From contig CM075993.1 in NCBI GenBank assembly GCA_038087875.1, positions 9,364,001-9,424,000 of the forward strand: a stretch of DNA of 60,000 bases, written 5' to 3'. Made by a program: the position numbers and the translations under genes. How positions within the stretch are numbered: the stretch's first letter is position 1; each line of letters starts with the position of its first letter. Source of the stretch: Malacoraja senta. Its lineage: Eukaryota. Below the pieces are notes generated by a model. That model was given only the letters and a program-made list of their open reading frames with translations, was not told the origin of the DNA and did not search any database. Shown one piece after another: positions 1 through 12,759 of this stretch.

Positions 1-197
1 AACATAACCATAGGAAATAATTTTTTTAATGAAATTTGCACATCACACAATTTCCTGTTTAGAAAATGATAAAATCACTAGTTTGTTCGATTACTTAAAC
101 TTAACGAAAATAATACTTACATTGTTAGCAATGCACATTATATACTACAATATACAAAATATTGGCAATATTCACCAAAACTGAATACAAGATTCAG

Positions 198-495
198 GGT
201 GGCAGGGTGGTACAGCAGTAGAGTTGCTGCCTGACAGCGCCAGGGACCTAGGTTCGATCCTGACTACGGGTGCTGTCTGTACAGAGTTTGTACGTTCTCC
301 CCGTGACCTGCATGGGCTTTCCCCGGGAGGTCTGGTTTCCTTCCACACTCCAAAGACCTACAGGTTTGTAGACAAATTGGCTTGGTAAAATTGTAAATTG
401 TCTGTAACTTGCAACTAAGAAAGTTAGTGTGTGGGGATCACCAGTCAGCGTGGACTCAGTGGGCCAAAGGGCCTGTATCTCTAAACTAAACTAAA
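198..495 (+). mobile_element. tRNA-derived V-SINE (HE1-like, elasmobranch)
   Basis: A-box-like GGTGGTACAGCAGTAG, B-box GGTTCGATCC, V-SINE core GAGTTTGTACGTTCTCCCCGTG, (CTAAA)n tail. Confidence 0.85.
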
Positions 496-866
496 GATGT
501 GCTTTGCAGGATAGATGGCCATTTAAAATTTCTGTAAATTTATACCACATTGGCTGTAACAGAATCATTATATTCCAAGTCCATTCCTATCCACAGTTTC
601 ACCAGTATTGCAAATAATACAACATAATTTCAGAAGCTTAGGATCAGTTAAATTGTCAGTTAATGATCAAATAGAGGGAGTTTTCTGTTTGAGTATACTA
701 TTCACTGAGAATTAGACTAACTATCCAACAAGAGCCATCGACACGCATTTTAAGTTCAGGCATTTTAAGTTTTTTATAAAACATTCAGTAATGCGTCATG
801 TCAGGCAGTGCAATGCTCAATGCAAAGGCACAGCACGTTTATTTTGGTCAGGATAGTTGTTTAGTG

Positions 867-1522
867 CAGTGAACCCTCGTTATAACAGATCATTGGGGGG
901 GGGGGGAGATGGTGTCCGTTATTGCGTTATATAACGGATGATGTGTTATATAATTATCCATTATAACAGAGTACAGTATTATCATTGTATATAGTTGAAA
1001 CAAAGAACTACAGATGATGGTTAATACACAAAGTGCTGAAGTAACTCAGCAGGTCAGGCAGCATCGCTGGAGAATATGGATAGGTGACGTCAGGACCCTT
1101 CTTCAGACTGATTGAGGTAGTTTCATCTCAAAACTAGGCACTGATGCCGCTGGTCTGCACCAGCCAGACCCTCTTCTGGTGACTGTTCATGACTGTTGTA
1201 ACTCACATTGTAGCCCCTGTGGGCAGCGCCAATGACAACACGCACTCTGTCACTGTGGGGCTCGCTCCCCTCACACCTGCTGTCACTTCAGGTGGAGTAT
1301 GCCAGCAACTCGGCAAGGGGGTGGGGGGAGGAGGTGGAGGCGGCAGCGGGTGGAAGGGGGAAAAAAAGGCCAAGTGGACAAAGCAATGGGAGGAAGCAGC
1401 TGCGGTCGAAGTCAGGGCTATAAACAGCCAGTGAGATGGTACGAGCCAGGGGTGGGTCAGCAGGTCCGTCGGCTATATCCAAAATTCGTTATAAAGGGGT
1501 ACATTAAATTGAGGATTTACTG
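867..1522. mobile_element. Tigger/pogo-like non-autonomous DNA transposon containing a Penelope-type repeat (~995-1115)
   Basis: Imperfect inverted termini CAGTGAACCCTC...GAGGATTTACTG followed by TA; GTTATAAC subterminal motifs. Confidence 0.55.
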
Positions 1523-1734
1523 TATTATTAAATATACCCATCATTCTTTTTCCCTTATTAAATCCTAATTCAATAGCAATATATGTGTAGCTCAGAGTTG
1601 GGTCAATAACAGAAAAGATGTGAGGTATTGCAGATCGGAGCCAGTTCAGGTTGGCTGTGATTGAGACAGATTATAATTTGGTACCAGAATCATTTTCTAA
1701 CTTATATGGTGTCTTTAAGCATTGCAAATATCCC

Positions 1735-1908
1735 TAGGTTCTTAAGAGTTATCAAAAGCTAGATAGGACTCTTAAAAATAGCAGAGTCGGGGGATTTGGG
1801 GAGAAGGCAGGAACGGGGTACTGATTGGGGATGATCAGCCATGATCACATTGAACAGTGGTGGATCGAAGGGCCAAATGGCCTACTCCTGCTCCTATTGT
1901 CTATTGTC
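1735..1908 (+). mobile_element. CR1-type LINE 3' end
   Basis: GAAGGGCCAAATGGCCTACTCCTGCTCCT 3' motif with (TATTGTC)n tail; similar copy at ~10185-10315. Confidence 0.7.
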
Positions 1909-2984
1909 ATTCCAAAATTATACAACCACAGAATAAAATGTATACAAATTTATACAAATCGTGATTTATACAAAAATTATACAAAATGTGACTTAACTTT
2001 GACTATACAAATAATGTGGAACATGTAGTCGCATACTATTAAAACACAATAGAAACAGGATGAAGTTTACTTAAGGCAATGCCAAATGTCTGAGTGGTGC
2101 TGTGGAAATTAAGGTAGTCACGGGACAGTTTCTTTTCTCAACACCAGGAGGTAGCAGTAATCCAAGGTCAAGCATTTGTCAATAAAAGTAAAACCGAAAG
2201 GGAATCATCACATAATGTAATGGATTTATTGAATTACATTGAAATATTACACAGAAACAAGTCACTTCCACCTAGCCTTTACTAACTTTCACCTAACCTT
2301 TACACTAAAAAGTGATCATGATACACAAAGAAAGAAGCCCCATGTGGACTTGCCACCCTGCCCACAACACTAATGTATCCACCTCAGCTAATCTTGTATG
2401 CCTTGGCAATTCAAGTACTTATCAACCTACTTATGCCCCCAAGAGTAAACCCTACTACCTCTTCAGACAGTGTATTCCAGACTCCAAATCCAAAAGACTT
2501 TTACTCCCCACCCTCCATTTTATACACCTCTTTCAGGTCAACCTTCTCTGCTCCACAAAATACAAACCCACCCTATCCAGTCCCTCCTTATAAATAAAGA
2601 CTCCATTCCAGGGAAATCTACTCTATATCTGCTCCAGCATAATCAAATCCTTCCTATAGCATGACAATGAACTGCACAAAATACTCCAGGCCTCGAGTTG
2701 AACGTCACCCCCCCCCCCCCCCACACTCGGTTATAGGGGACAATCAGTAATAATGGACACCATTCTTCTTCCTCCCCCACCGTTGTGAGATTTTACTGTA
2801 TTGCCATCAAAATTACAGAATTCCATAACCAACAGTGATGTGGAATTTTACTTACTACAGTGGTGCGAGAAAGTCATTCACCACAAAGTTTTCAAGGACA
2901 ATAATAAATACTAGCAACATCCACATCCCTTGTATTAATACACATACTAATTTGTTTAAAGAACTATTAGCTCCTCGTTTCATT

Positions 2985-4190
2985 GTCAAGAGTCATACAG
3001 CATGCAAACAGTCCCATCAGCCCAACTTGTCCTTGCTAACCAAGATGCCCATCTACACTATTTATCTGCGTTTGACTTATCTTTCTAAAACTTTCCTATC
3101 CGTGTAGCTGTTCAATTGTCCCTTAAATGATGTTATTTTAGCCGAGTAATATTCTTATTAAATCTTTCCCTTCATTTTAAACCTTTGCCCACTGGATCTT
3201 GCTTCCCCAACCCTGGGAAAAAGATTGTATGCATTCAACCTATCCATGCCCCTCATGATTTTATACCTCTGTAAGATCACCCTTCAGTCTCCTGTGCTCC
3301 AAGGAATGAAATCACAGCCTGCCCATTCTCTCCCTTAAGTCAGTCTCTCAAGTCCTGCCACATCCTCAAATCTTTTCTGCATTTTTCCAGCTTAATGGTA
3401 TATTTCCTATAGCAGGGTGACCAAAACTGAACACAATACAGCAACTACAGCATCGCCGTCTTTTAGATATGCAATATAAAATCATAATTTCTTTACTCAA
3501 TGTCATTACCGACAAAGGACAGCATGTCAAAAGCCTTCTTCCCCACACTGTCCACCTGTGATGCCACTTTCAGAGAATTATGTACTAGTACTCCTCGGTT
3601 CCTGTTCTACAACACTACCCTGGGCCCTACCATCAGTGTGAATATCCTACCTGAAACATCTCACTCTGACCTGAATTAAAATTCTATTTGTTACAGCCTA
3701 CTTATTTTGTAATAATCTCTTCAATGTCTATGATACCATCTATTTTGGTGTAAATTACAAACTTAAGTAAAAAAGCCATACGTTCTCATCCAAATCATTG
3801 TTATAGATGGCAAACAACAAAAGGCCAACCTCTGAAACACACCACGTCAGGGTCTTCCACTCCGAGACATCTTCCACAATCCCCCTCTGCTTCCTACTGC
3901 CAAGTCAATAATGCATCCGATTATAGGCACAAAATGCTGGAGTAACTCAGCAGGACAGACAGCATCTCTGGAGAGAAGGAATGGGTGACTTTTCGGGTCG
4001 AGACCCTTCTTCAGACCGAGTTACTCCAGCATTTTTGCGTCTACCTACGATTTAAACCAGCATCTGAACTTTTTTCCTACACATTCTATGCATCCAATTA
4101 GCTAGTTATTCCTGATTCAGACCTTCCAGAATAAGCTGCCATGACAAATTTGATCAAAGGCCTTGCTGAAGACAATATAGACTAGTCATT
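2985..4190 (-). mobile_element. Degenerate CR1-type LINE fragment interrupted by a Penelope-type repeat (3925-4082)
   Basis: Decayed RT C-terminal/3' UTR motifs shared with the CR1 fragment at 37765-38645. Confidence 0.6.
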
Positions 4191-4299
4191 TGTCCCTGCC
4201 ATTTTCCCAGCATATCAATCTCATTAGATTCATTCATCTTTCTCCTCATTTCCCAGTATCACTTCAATTTATTCTTTCAGATACTCATCAACTCCGATT

Positions 4300-4490
4300 C
4301 TTTTACAACAAGACCTCATAAAGAAGTGATATACACTAGCCAGTTAACCTATCTGCACATCTTTGGAATGTGAGGAAACTGGAGCACCAGAAAAAATCCA
4401 CATAACAGATAATTTGGAAACTCCACATAAACAGCGACCAAGGTCAGAATCGAACCCAGATCTCAGGAGTTGCGAGATCACAATGCTATC
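4300..4490 (-). mobile_element. Old V-SINE copy
   Basis: Reverse complement has B-box GGGTTCGATTC and V-SINE core (TGTGGAGTTT...TCCAGTTTCCTCACATTCCAAAGATGTGCAG). Confidence 0.65.
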
Positions 4491-4575
4491 TTGCTTTTTT
4501 TTTTTTTTTTTAAGTAGGAATGCCATCCTCTTTCCAACAGCTAACATCAAGCTGACTGGTTTCGAGGCAATAGAG

Positions 4576-5499
4576 CAACCGGCATAAGACAGGAAAAACT
4601 GAAAAAAAAGCGGAAGAGAGGTGGGTGTCCAGGGGGCATTACCCCCTGGTAGGATTCTGTGGAGCAACGTCCCTGGCAGGGGTAAAAAGGGGCAGGACCC
4701 CCTTTATGCAGAATTTTTTTGATAATTGTACCTTGAAATGAGTTTTCTTGCCTGTTTACCATTAATTTCTCGCAGGGTCTTCCCCGCTCACACTCACAGG
4801 GAACCCCTCACTGCTCTCACTCACAGGGACCCCCCTTACCTTTGCTCACTCACAGGATCCCCCTCACTGCTCACAGGAAACCGCTCACCTTTGCTCACTC
4901 ACAGGGACCCCCTCACTGCTCACACTCACAGGGAACTGCTCACTGCTCACACTCACAGGGACGTCCCCTCATCTTTACTCGCACTCAGAGACTCCCCCCT
5001 CTGCTCACCAGGGCTCCCACACACTTCCTCTACTTGCTTTAAAATGCTTATTGACACCGACAAGGCCCCGGCCCTGCAGCCGTGTCCCAGCCCAGTGCCC
5101 ACTCTCCCGCTGCCCTACCCTGGGGAAGCCGCTACCTGCGCTCCCGGCCCCTCACTCCACCAGGCCTCGCCTTGTCCCATCCCTAGACGCATCCCTCCTC
5201 CAATCACCACTCTCTATACTCAATCCCGCCCCCCCCTACTTCCAGAGATAATATGGAAACTCCACACAAACTCTGACTGATGCCTCCCTACTCTAATCAT
5301 CGCACTGAATCATCATGTACCACCCCTCCACTGCCTGCTGGCCATCGTCCCTCTCGTCCAATCGTCACCCTCGATCATCAGTCCCGCCCCCACTGTCTCA
5401 CAGAAAGTCATTTATAGATTTATAGAGATTTAGATTTTTTTTGACGAATTTCAAAATCCGCGGAAATCCGTGGGTCCTCAGAGAAATCTCATGCCGGTT
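4576..5499. mobile_element. Non-autonomous TIR element (hAT-like MITE) with internal minisatellite
   Basis: 13-bp TIR AACCGGCATAAGA / TCTCATGCCGGTT; degenerate 8-bp flanks CAATAGAG / CAAGAAAG; internal ~20-bp repeat CACTGCTCACACTCACAGGGA at ~4786-5010. Confidence 0.6.
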
Positions 5500-5539
5500 C
5501 AAGAAAGGGCAAGCAAAAAGAGTTTATGTGCAAACAAAC

Positions 5540-5875
5540 TTGCATCAACCTTTCATTTTCATGACCTCCTGTCATTTCAAAGCAATTCACAGTTAATGCA
5601 ACATGTGAAGTGCAGTCACTGCTATAATTATGAAAAATGGCAACCATGACAATAACAAAATAATCAATTTTTATTTTAGTTAACAGAATATCATCATGGA
5701 ATCTTTTGCTTTTATCCAATGTGGCAGATAGAGCCTTAGTGCTCAAACAGGAGGATGAATTGTTAAACTATCTTTAATCCTGCTTCACACAATCAGCCTA
5801 AATTTTAATATTCAAGTTTCAAAAACGGGCTTGAACCCGATTCAGAGTCAAGGGTGTGCCAACTGAAACACTGCC
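5540..5875 (-). mobile_element. Ancient Deu-domain SINE (SacSINE1/AmnSINE-like)
   Basis: Resembles, from memory of the Deu-SINE consensus, CATGGAATCTTT...TCAGCCTAAATTTT...CTTGAACCC...CCAACTGA and GAAGTGCAGTCACTG. Confidence 0.55.
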
Positions 5876-5950
5876 TACATCAGCAACACAAAGTTAACCA
5901 TTCATTAAAAAAAAAAGAATTGTTTCATAAACAAATCAAAGTTAACTCAC

Positions 5951-6049
5951 TTGATTTTGAACCACAGGTGGGTGCTATCTGACCATTTGGGCACGTACAG
6001 ATGTTTGGTCGTGAACAAAACCCATCACCACACGAGTTCCTGCAAATTG
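5951..6049 (-). CDS. FBN1: Fibrillin coding exon 3 (first EGF-like domain)
   Basis: 99-bp exon with TTTCAG acceptor and GTGAGT donor; encodes (P)[32 protein letters not shown]. The fibrillin call is firm; the paralog assignment is less certain. Confidence 0.93.
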
Positions 6050-6269
6050 CTGAAATAAGGAAAAAGCACATCTAAATGCAACTCCTTGCTTAAGATTCCT
6101 TATACAAAATAATTTTAAATTACAAAATCTAATACAGATAAAAATGAAATCCTCTAGGATTTCATTAAATGCATTCTTCTCTATTAATACTGTGGTTTAA
6201 TCAAAGTTGTTTGACCTCTGGCATTCATTTATTACCATCTGCTAACCCATTCTTCATTTTCTCACTTAC

Positions 6270-6352
6270 GGACAATACATTGATTTCCTCCCGGCAACGT
6301 TTTCCATCCTGGGCAGCAATATGAATGGAAACGTGATCCACAGACATTCGGC
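6270..6352 (-). CDS. FBN1: Fibrillin coding exon 2 (N-terminal FUN/4-Cys domain)
   Basis: 83-bp exon with TTTTAG acceptor and GTAAGT donor; encodes (G)[27 protein letters not shown](P); phases fit exons 1 and 3. Confidence 0.93.
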
Positions 6353-8982
6353 CTAAAAAAAAGTAAACCAATTAACATAGGTATTTTATTGTCACGTGTA
6401 CCAATTAAGGTACAGTGTAATTCAAATTACCATACAGCCATACTAAAAAAGCAGCAAGATACACAACTACATAAAAGTTAACATAAGCATCCCCACATTC
6501 CTCACTGTGAGAAATGTTATTCTCAGTTTAAACTATTCAACTTAAAATGTGCATCAACATTGCTAGATATATAATCAGAATGATAATGCAATTTTACCCA
6601 TGACAATCTATGTTTTGGGAACATGCATGAAAGTCCAATTCCTTGGGAAATCACTGACAGAAAATCTGTCATATCACACATTTCAAATCTTTCATCTCCG
6701 CCTTTAATCTAGATCTGTGCCCTGAGCAATTCAAAGTGGCCAGTTATCATTCTTATGGCATGAACAACTGAAATGTGCAGAGGTTAATGCATTAAGGCAC
6801 CATTAGCCTTAGAAAACACCTCGTTACTCGTACGGACTTCGTAATAGGAAAGGCCTGATTGCTTCAAGAAAGCTTCACGACTGAGGCTCAAATCATGAAG
6901 AAATTACAACGGCCTACTGAACTGCATTTTTAAACTTTCAGACATTCAAATAATATGCAAGCTGTCATATTGCATTACAGGAACGGGAAAAGGAAACAAA
7001 TAATTTAAACATTCATAGCAGACCAATGATCTGCTATGGAAATTAAGATCATGAATACAAGTTTTCAATTAAGCCACACTACAAGAATCCAACTTCCCCA
7101 CTGGTGGAAAGTGTTCTAAAATAAGCCTTTGTCCAAATTTCATGTTCGTGGTCGGCTAGGCTACATGTGTAAACCAGTGGTCAATAATTGTCTGCTACAA
7201 ACTTGATCAAAGTCCCTTCAAAATTAATTAATTGGTTGTCAACTGAGTAAAATTATCTTGTATATGTGTAGGAAGGAACTGCAGATGTTGGTTTAAACCG
7301 AAGATAAACACAAAAAGCTGGAGTAACTCAGCGGGTCAGGCAGCATCTCTGGAGAAAAGGGAATAGGTGACGCTTCTGGACGAGACCCTTCTTCTGACAG
7401 CGTAAGGGGAAGGGGAAAGGGAAACGAGAGATATAGACGGTGATGCAGAGAGATATAGAACAAATGAATGAAATATATGCAGATCCGATAAAGCACTGCA
7501 CAAATGCAACCTTTGCAAGTAGAATTGTAGACGCTCGTTGGACGGTCGGGCCCTTGTCAACTCTGAAAAAATGACACGTCTAATTTAATTTGCCTTCCTT
7601 CGCTTTCGTTCATATTTACTTTAAATTTAGAAAAATAGTTGTGAATGGAAGCTTCTGTACATCAAGACCACGCACTCCAATCCAAGACAGCCTATTTGTT
7701 TTTGACTTGTGTAATCGAATGTTCAGAAGTTGATCGACTGCAAATCCAGCACCATCAAATTGAGCTGGCTTCATTAAAACTTGAAAATTGTAGTGAATCG
7801 GCAACTTAAACATTGTGGTGGCGTAAGAGAATGAAAGTTAACATGGTTTTCACATAGAATCTTTATTACATTTAATCTTGAGCAAGCGATATAACACCAA
7901 AGTTTCGTTAGTTTTTACTGAAAATATCGGCAGTGTGTTGAACGTGCAAGACGCGCTCACTTTCATTTCAATTTTCAGCCCAAGGTGGTGAAGCTAAATC
8001 CCAGTCCTTTCCCATCGGTCCCAGCCTGCGGAATATGACTGCAAACTACATCCAGAGAACAAACCAACTACTGTACTGTGAGCTCGATGGGAAATATTAC
8101 CGTCACCAAACCCTTCCCGAGACAGAATAAGCCTGTGTAAGCAGAGCACTTTAAACGCTATTTCTTAGTCCTGGCACATTTGGAACAACGTTTGCAAAAA
8201 TTAGTAAATAATTATCCAAAACACTTCAAATTAAACGACCACAGCTCTTTCACGAGGATGCAATGAAGCTGCGAATAGAAACCAGCCCGGGCGATCACCG
8301 GCAAGGAAAGGAAACGAGTGTAACGTTCAATGTTCGTAATAACTTGTTATCGCCAAATGAAATATGACGCTTTGCTTAACGTTATCGGACTACGGGGATT
8401 TTCTCGGCGGCACCCGATGTTGCATTTAAACCCGGAGACCAGTTGCAGAGTGGAAGGCGTGAAATGCTTCCAGCGCACTGCAATCCATCGGCTAAGGGGT
8501 TAAAAGTCTGCACTGAGGCAGAGGTGCAAGCGGGGAGCTGCCCCGTACCTCCACCTCCCTGCAGCTTCCCTTATGCTGAGGAAAGGGGAAAAATACGGCA
8601 ACAGATCTGCTGATGTGGAAATGTACCAACTCAAGGAAAACTTTGGCCAAACATGTCCCTCAGCAACAACTCCTCCCGACCACAGTTGTATTCTCTGCTG
8701 TAGTTTTTAAAAAATAAAACTTTCATTAATGCACCATACGCGCCAAGTCGTTTTTAAACAGAAATTGCATGGTTTTAATTAAAGTCTGCTTTGACGTCTA
8801 TCCTACATTTTGCTGCGCACAGCGCAACATTTCTACTCCCGTTTCGACCCATGCCATGGTCATTCTCTGGGGATTAAAATGTCTCATTTACATTACTTTT
8901 TCGGCCAGAAGAAGAATATAGAATTTAACAATCATGCAGCGAAGAGACTTTTATTTTCTTAAAAAGTAACGGTAATATTTAC

Positions 8983-9155
8983 CCTTTCAGTGCATTCTGG
9001 TTTGATCCTAGTCTTCTTGACCTGTTTGTATTCTTCTGGTTGTTGTGCCTCGCAGCATCTGGATCTACCTCTGCCGCACCTACACTTGTCTGCACCGCAA
9101 TGTATAAAAACGTTGTAAATCCCACGTAAACCTTCAGCAGCCACCGAATCCACAT
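8983..9155 (-). CDS. FBN1: Fibrillin first coding exon (signal peptide and propeptide with furin site)
   Basis: 173 bp from ATG: MWIRWLLKVYVGFTTFLYIAVQTSVGAAEVDPDAARHNNQKNTNRSRRLGSNQNALK-G; hydrophobic leader, RSRR furin motif, ALKG ending as in FBN1, phase-2 GTAAAT donor. Confidence 0.88.
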
Positions 9156-9429
9156 AATGTAGTCGGGGCTGGGCTCCCTCCCGTCTCAACCAAACACTCC
9201 GTGCTCCACGGGAGAGAGGGAGGGGGATGCTAAACACAGCTTGATTTCAGCGACTTGCACCTCAGGCAAAAATCAAACGTTAAAAAGAACGTCCTCAAAT
9301 ATCCTTCAAAAACGAACCGAGGGATAAGTTTAGAATTTTTATAAAAGTTTATATAAACACTTTCCGTTCAGTTGCAATTGACAGGGGATAAAACATGTGG
9401 AAGTTAAACTACTTTAATCGGTTTAAAAA

Positions 9430-9890
9430 GCTGCCTCAGCCTCCGGGCTGCCTCGTTGATTGCGGGCGTTCGCTCGCGAAGCGGCTGCTGCACTGCATGG
9501 ACTTCGGCTGCGCGGGAGTCCGCTCGCGCCCCGCTGCCTCCACTCCCCTACCAACCGCCACCTCCCACTTTGCCGCGCGCCGCCCTCCGGCCGCTGCGCG
9601 CGCCGCTCTCGCGAGAAGCCGCGGCGAACGCGGGCTGCGAGGAGGAGGCGTCGACGGCGCCGCCCTCCTGTCGGTGGCAGGCGATCGGGTTTGAAGTTGC
9701 CCAGGGTAAATTAAGCATCCATCGCAGGGCTAGCAGAGAATGTTACGAGGCAAGTTCGTTTTCGGTCTCTTACATACAAGTGCTATCTGCCCCCGAGCTG
9801 TTTATTAAACACAATACAATCAACAGCAGGTGTCCCCATTCGATATAGCGCTATTGTCGATCACACGACGTCGCCCTCGATTCGAGAAAG
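9430..9890 (-). promoter_or_regulatory. CpG island / probable promoter and non-coding 5' exon region of the fibrillin gene
   Basis: Very GC- and CpG-rich non-repetitive block 300-700 bp upstream of the start codon. Confidence 0.7.
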
Positions 9891-10319
9891 GTCAGTCTGG
9901 TACTTGTATTCATTTTTGGGCTTGGCCATGCTACGCAAGAAGTCACACATGAATCAGTGGTACCACAGCTTTGAGACAGAAGGTCACGGTGTTCATATTC
10001 CTCTTAAAAGAAGAAATCTATTTGCCCCTCATGTCCATGTGCGGCAGTTGGATATGACTTGCTTCCATTCCAGTACCTCTGTCGTGAGCATGAAGTATCC
10101 AAGTGGAAACAGCAAAGGTGTGCCCACTTCTCAATCTACCTGACTAACACACAGTGCTGGAGGTACACGGGAGGAAATTTAGCAGGATATAAAGTCAGCG
10201 GAGTCGGGGGATATGGGGAGAAGGCAGGAATGGGGTACTGATTGGGGATGATCAGCCATGAATGGCGTGCTGGATCGAATGACCTACTCCTTCACCTATT
10301 GTCTATTATCTATTATAAA

Positions 10320-10743
10320 GGGGTGAGACAGGGTCAGTAGTTGATAGTTGCACCCATAAGGGGCAAAGGGTAGTGGTGGCGGAGCAGTGAAGTTGGGAAC
10401 CCGAGACAAAAAAGGAGGCAGATGGAGCTGGAAGGGTGTGACGGTGAAGACAGGATGGAGGGTGATAAGTGGGTAGAAGGAGGCTACAAATGCTGAAATC
10501 TGATAAAGAAGGTGTTAATGTGAGCTGTTATGGATGAGATGAAGAGTAGATGGAGGAGAGGATACAGTGGATGACTGTGTGGGTAGTAACTGGATGGAAC
10601 CAGGAGGGGGAGGGAGACAAAAAATGGTGATTGGAGCTGGAGTGGAGTAAGTTTTTTTTCTAGTTTGCCATGAGCCTCGTCTGGCAGTGGAGGAGGCCAA
10701 CGACAGACAGGTCAGTATGGGAGTAAAAAGTGTAGTTGAAATG
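10320..10743 (-). mobile_element. Penelope-like element 3' fragment
   Basis: Minus strand encodes decayed GIY-YIG C-terminus HFN..YSHTDLSVVGLLHCQ followed by a pyrimidine-rich 3' region. Confidence 0.55.
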
Positions 10744-11959
10744 ATATGAGTCTTTTTACAATACTCGAGAGATTTTGATGAATGAGATTATTATTCGGGT
10801 TTTTACAACATTACACTTAACAAAAATCTACCATCATGTGAAACCTTACAAATAACAGATATAAATTAGATAACTTCAAGACCGAAAGTCAAAAACTTTT
10901 TTCATAACAGACAATTTTTCATCATTTGACCACCATTTTGGACACCAAAAATGTGACATTAAAAACTCTGCCACATTTAGTCATGAATATTTAATTCATA
11001 AATAAACTTCATATGGCCCCCTCATACATACACATTTTGATAATGATCTAGGGAAATATCTTCATCAATACCAGGAGAAAAATATAGTAAATCCGCCTAG
11101 CAAAATCCTGTAACGGTCGTTGTGTTTGGTGTCCATTATCACAATGACCATTATCGCGGTCGGTACCTCCGTAAGTTAAACCATGGAGGCTCCAAACCTC
11201 TAATGCTTTTGAAAAACCCAACGAGGTATCCTATGGTAGTAGTGATATTTGGGCGAGTTAATTTTTTTTTCCAATTTTCAAAAACATCGTGGTATCAAAA
11301 ACGCAACGACCGTTTACGATATATTTTCTGACTTTTAAAAATCAATTAAAAAATAATTTTGGACATAAATTGGTCATCGAAACTAAGAGACTGAGCCAAT
11401 CTTCAATTTGGCAACACACTGTCTCTTGTTTATCTTTCGTACGGACCAAGTCGCTAACTTCATTCCTTCGTGTCAACTTCCAGAAACACCACAACAACCG
11501 TTACGGAGACATTTTACTTACTAAAAAATCATCCCAAATCAAACCTTCTGACGAATCATCGGCAATCGATATAGCTCAAATCCATAAGGTAATGTACCGT
11601 TTAGATCACATTTGTGAAAATGTTTGGTTTTCGCTAATAATGTAGTGTTTGTTTTCTGGGACACCAAACCTTTGAGTGTCCACCACAACGTACGTCTGTG
11701 TGTATGATGTGTAATGCGCGTTGCGGTGTCCACTCTGACTTCTCATCTATCTCACTGGATAACTTTGATCTACCTTTTATCAGACTATTGCACTAAATGT
11801 CCCTTTATCTATGCATTAAGGACGGCTTGATTGTGATCGTGTGTGATCTTTTCATTGACTGGATAACACACAACCAATAGCTTTTCACTGTACTCAGCAC
11901 GTTAGAATAATAATAAACTAAACTAAACTAGTCGCAGGAAGCTACATCCGGAGTTCCAA

Positions 11960-12540
11960 AAGGTTAGAGGACGTGCTTGTGAATGGTTATTTTACCTGGG
12001 AGAAGATGTTTGAACAGGTCACGAGCTTCAGGTTCCTCAGAGTAACTATCAACAATTATTTGTCCTGAACCAACCACATCGAAGTGACCGCCAAGAAAAC
12101 ACACCAACGCTTCTACTCCCTCAGAAAACTAAGGAAGTTCGGCATATCTCCAATTACACTTATGAACTTCTACAGATTGACTGTATAAAGCACTCTCTCA
12201 AGATGCATAATAGCTTGGTTTGGCAAAACATCTATCCAATATTTCGAGAAATTGCAGAAAGTTATGGTTATAACCAAGTTAATCATGTAAACCAGCTTCA
12301 CCCTTCCCCCATAGATTCTATTTACAATCTACGCTGCCTCAGAAAAGCAGCCAATATAATCAAGGACCATGTACAACCTGGTCATTTCCTCTTCCCTGCC
12401 CTCTCCTCATTATGATAAGATACATAAACATAAAAGAATACACCACCAAATTCGGGAATAGCTTCCTCCCCAATGTTATCAGACTACTGAATAGTCTCCC
12501 ATTAGAACCTCCAATCTACCTCATTGCAGACCTTGCACTT
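11960..12540 (+). mobile_element. Rex1/Babar LINE 3' fragment
   Basis: Decayed motifs FRFLRV, AKKTHQRFYSLRKLRKFG, RCLRKAANIIKD, KFGNSFLPNVIRLLN. Confidence 0.8.
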
Positions 12541-12759
12541 ATTTTCTCCACACTTGTACTGATTTTCCATCTGATTCCTGCATCTACCTTGTCAATCCTC
12601 TTAAGAACTTTGTATGTTGAAATGAGATCACCTCTTACTTTCTACGCCCTCAAAGTATAGGCCGTCTCCCTATTCTTTCTACAAGGAACAGTCACCCAAC
12701 CCAAAAATCAAAGTGATGATTTTGTGTGGCCCTCCCTTGATTGTAAGTACATTCTCAAG

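Noticed and set aside
198..270. tRNA gene
   Set aside because: The A/B boxes belong to a SINE head that continues into a V-SINE core and tail; no full cloverleaf
4726..5280. 184-aa ORF with HTHRE repeats
   Set aside because: Translation of a minisatellite inside a TIR element in a fibrillin intron
1..5950. Fibrillin coding exon 4
   Set aside because: No EGF-like Cys pattern with splice sites seen; it probably lies beyond the window start
8959..9237. 92-aa minus-strand ORF from the track
   Set aside because: Wrong frame; the overlapping frame from ATG 9155 gives the fibrillin signal peptide and splices in phase to exon 2
9395..9848. Three overlapping plus-strand ORFs
   Set aside because: Ala/Arg/Pro-rich products expected from a GC-rich CpG island; no recognisable domain
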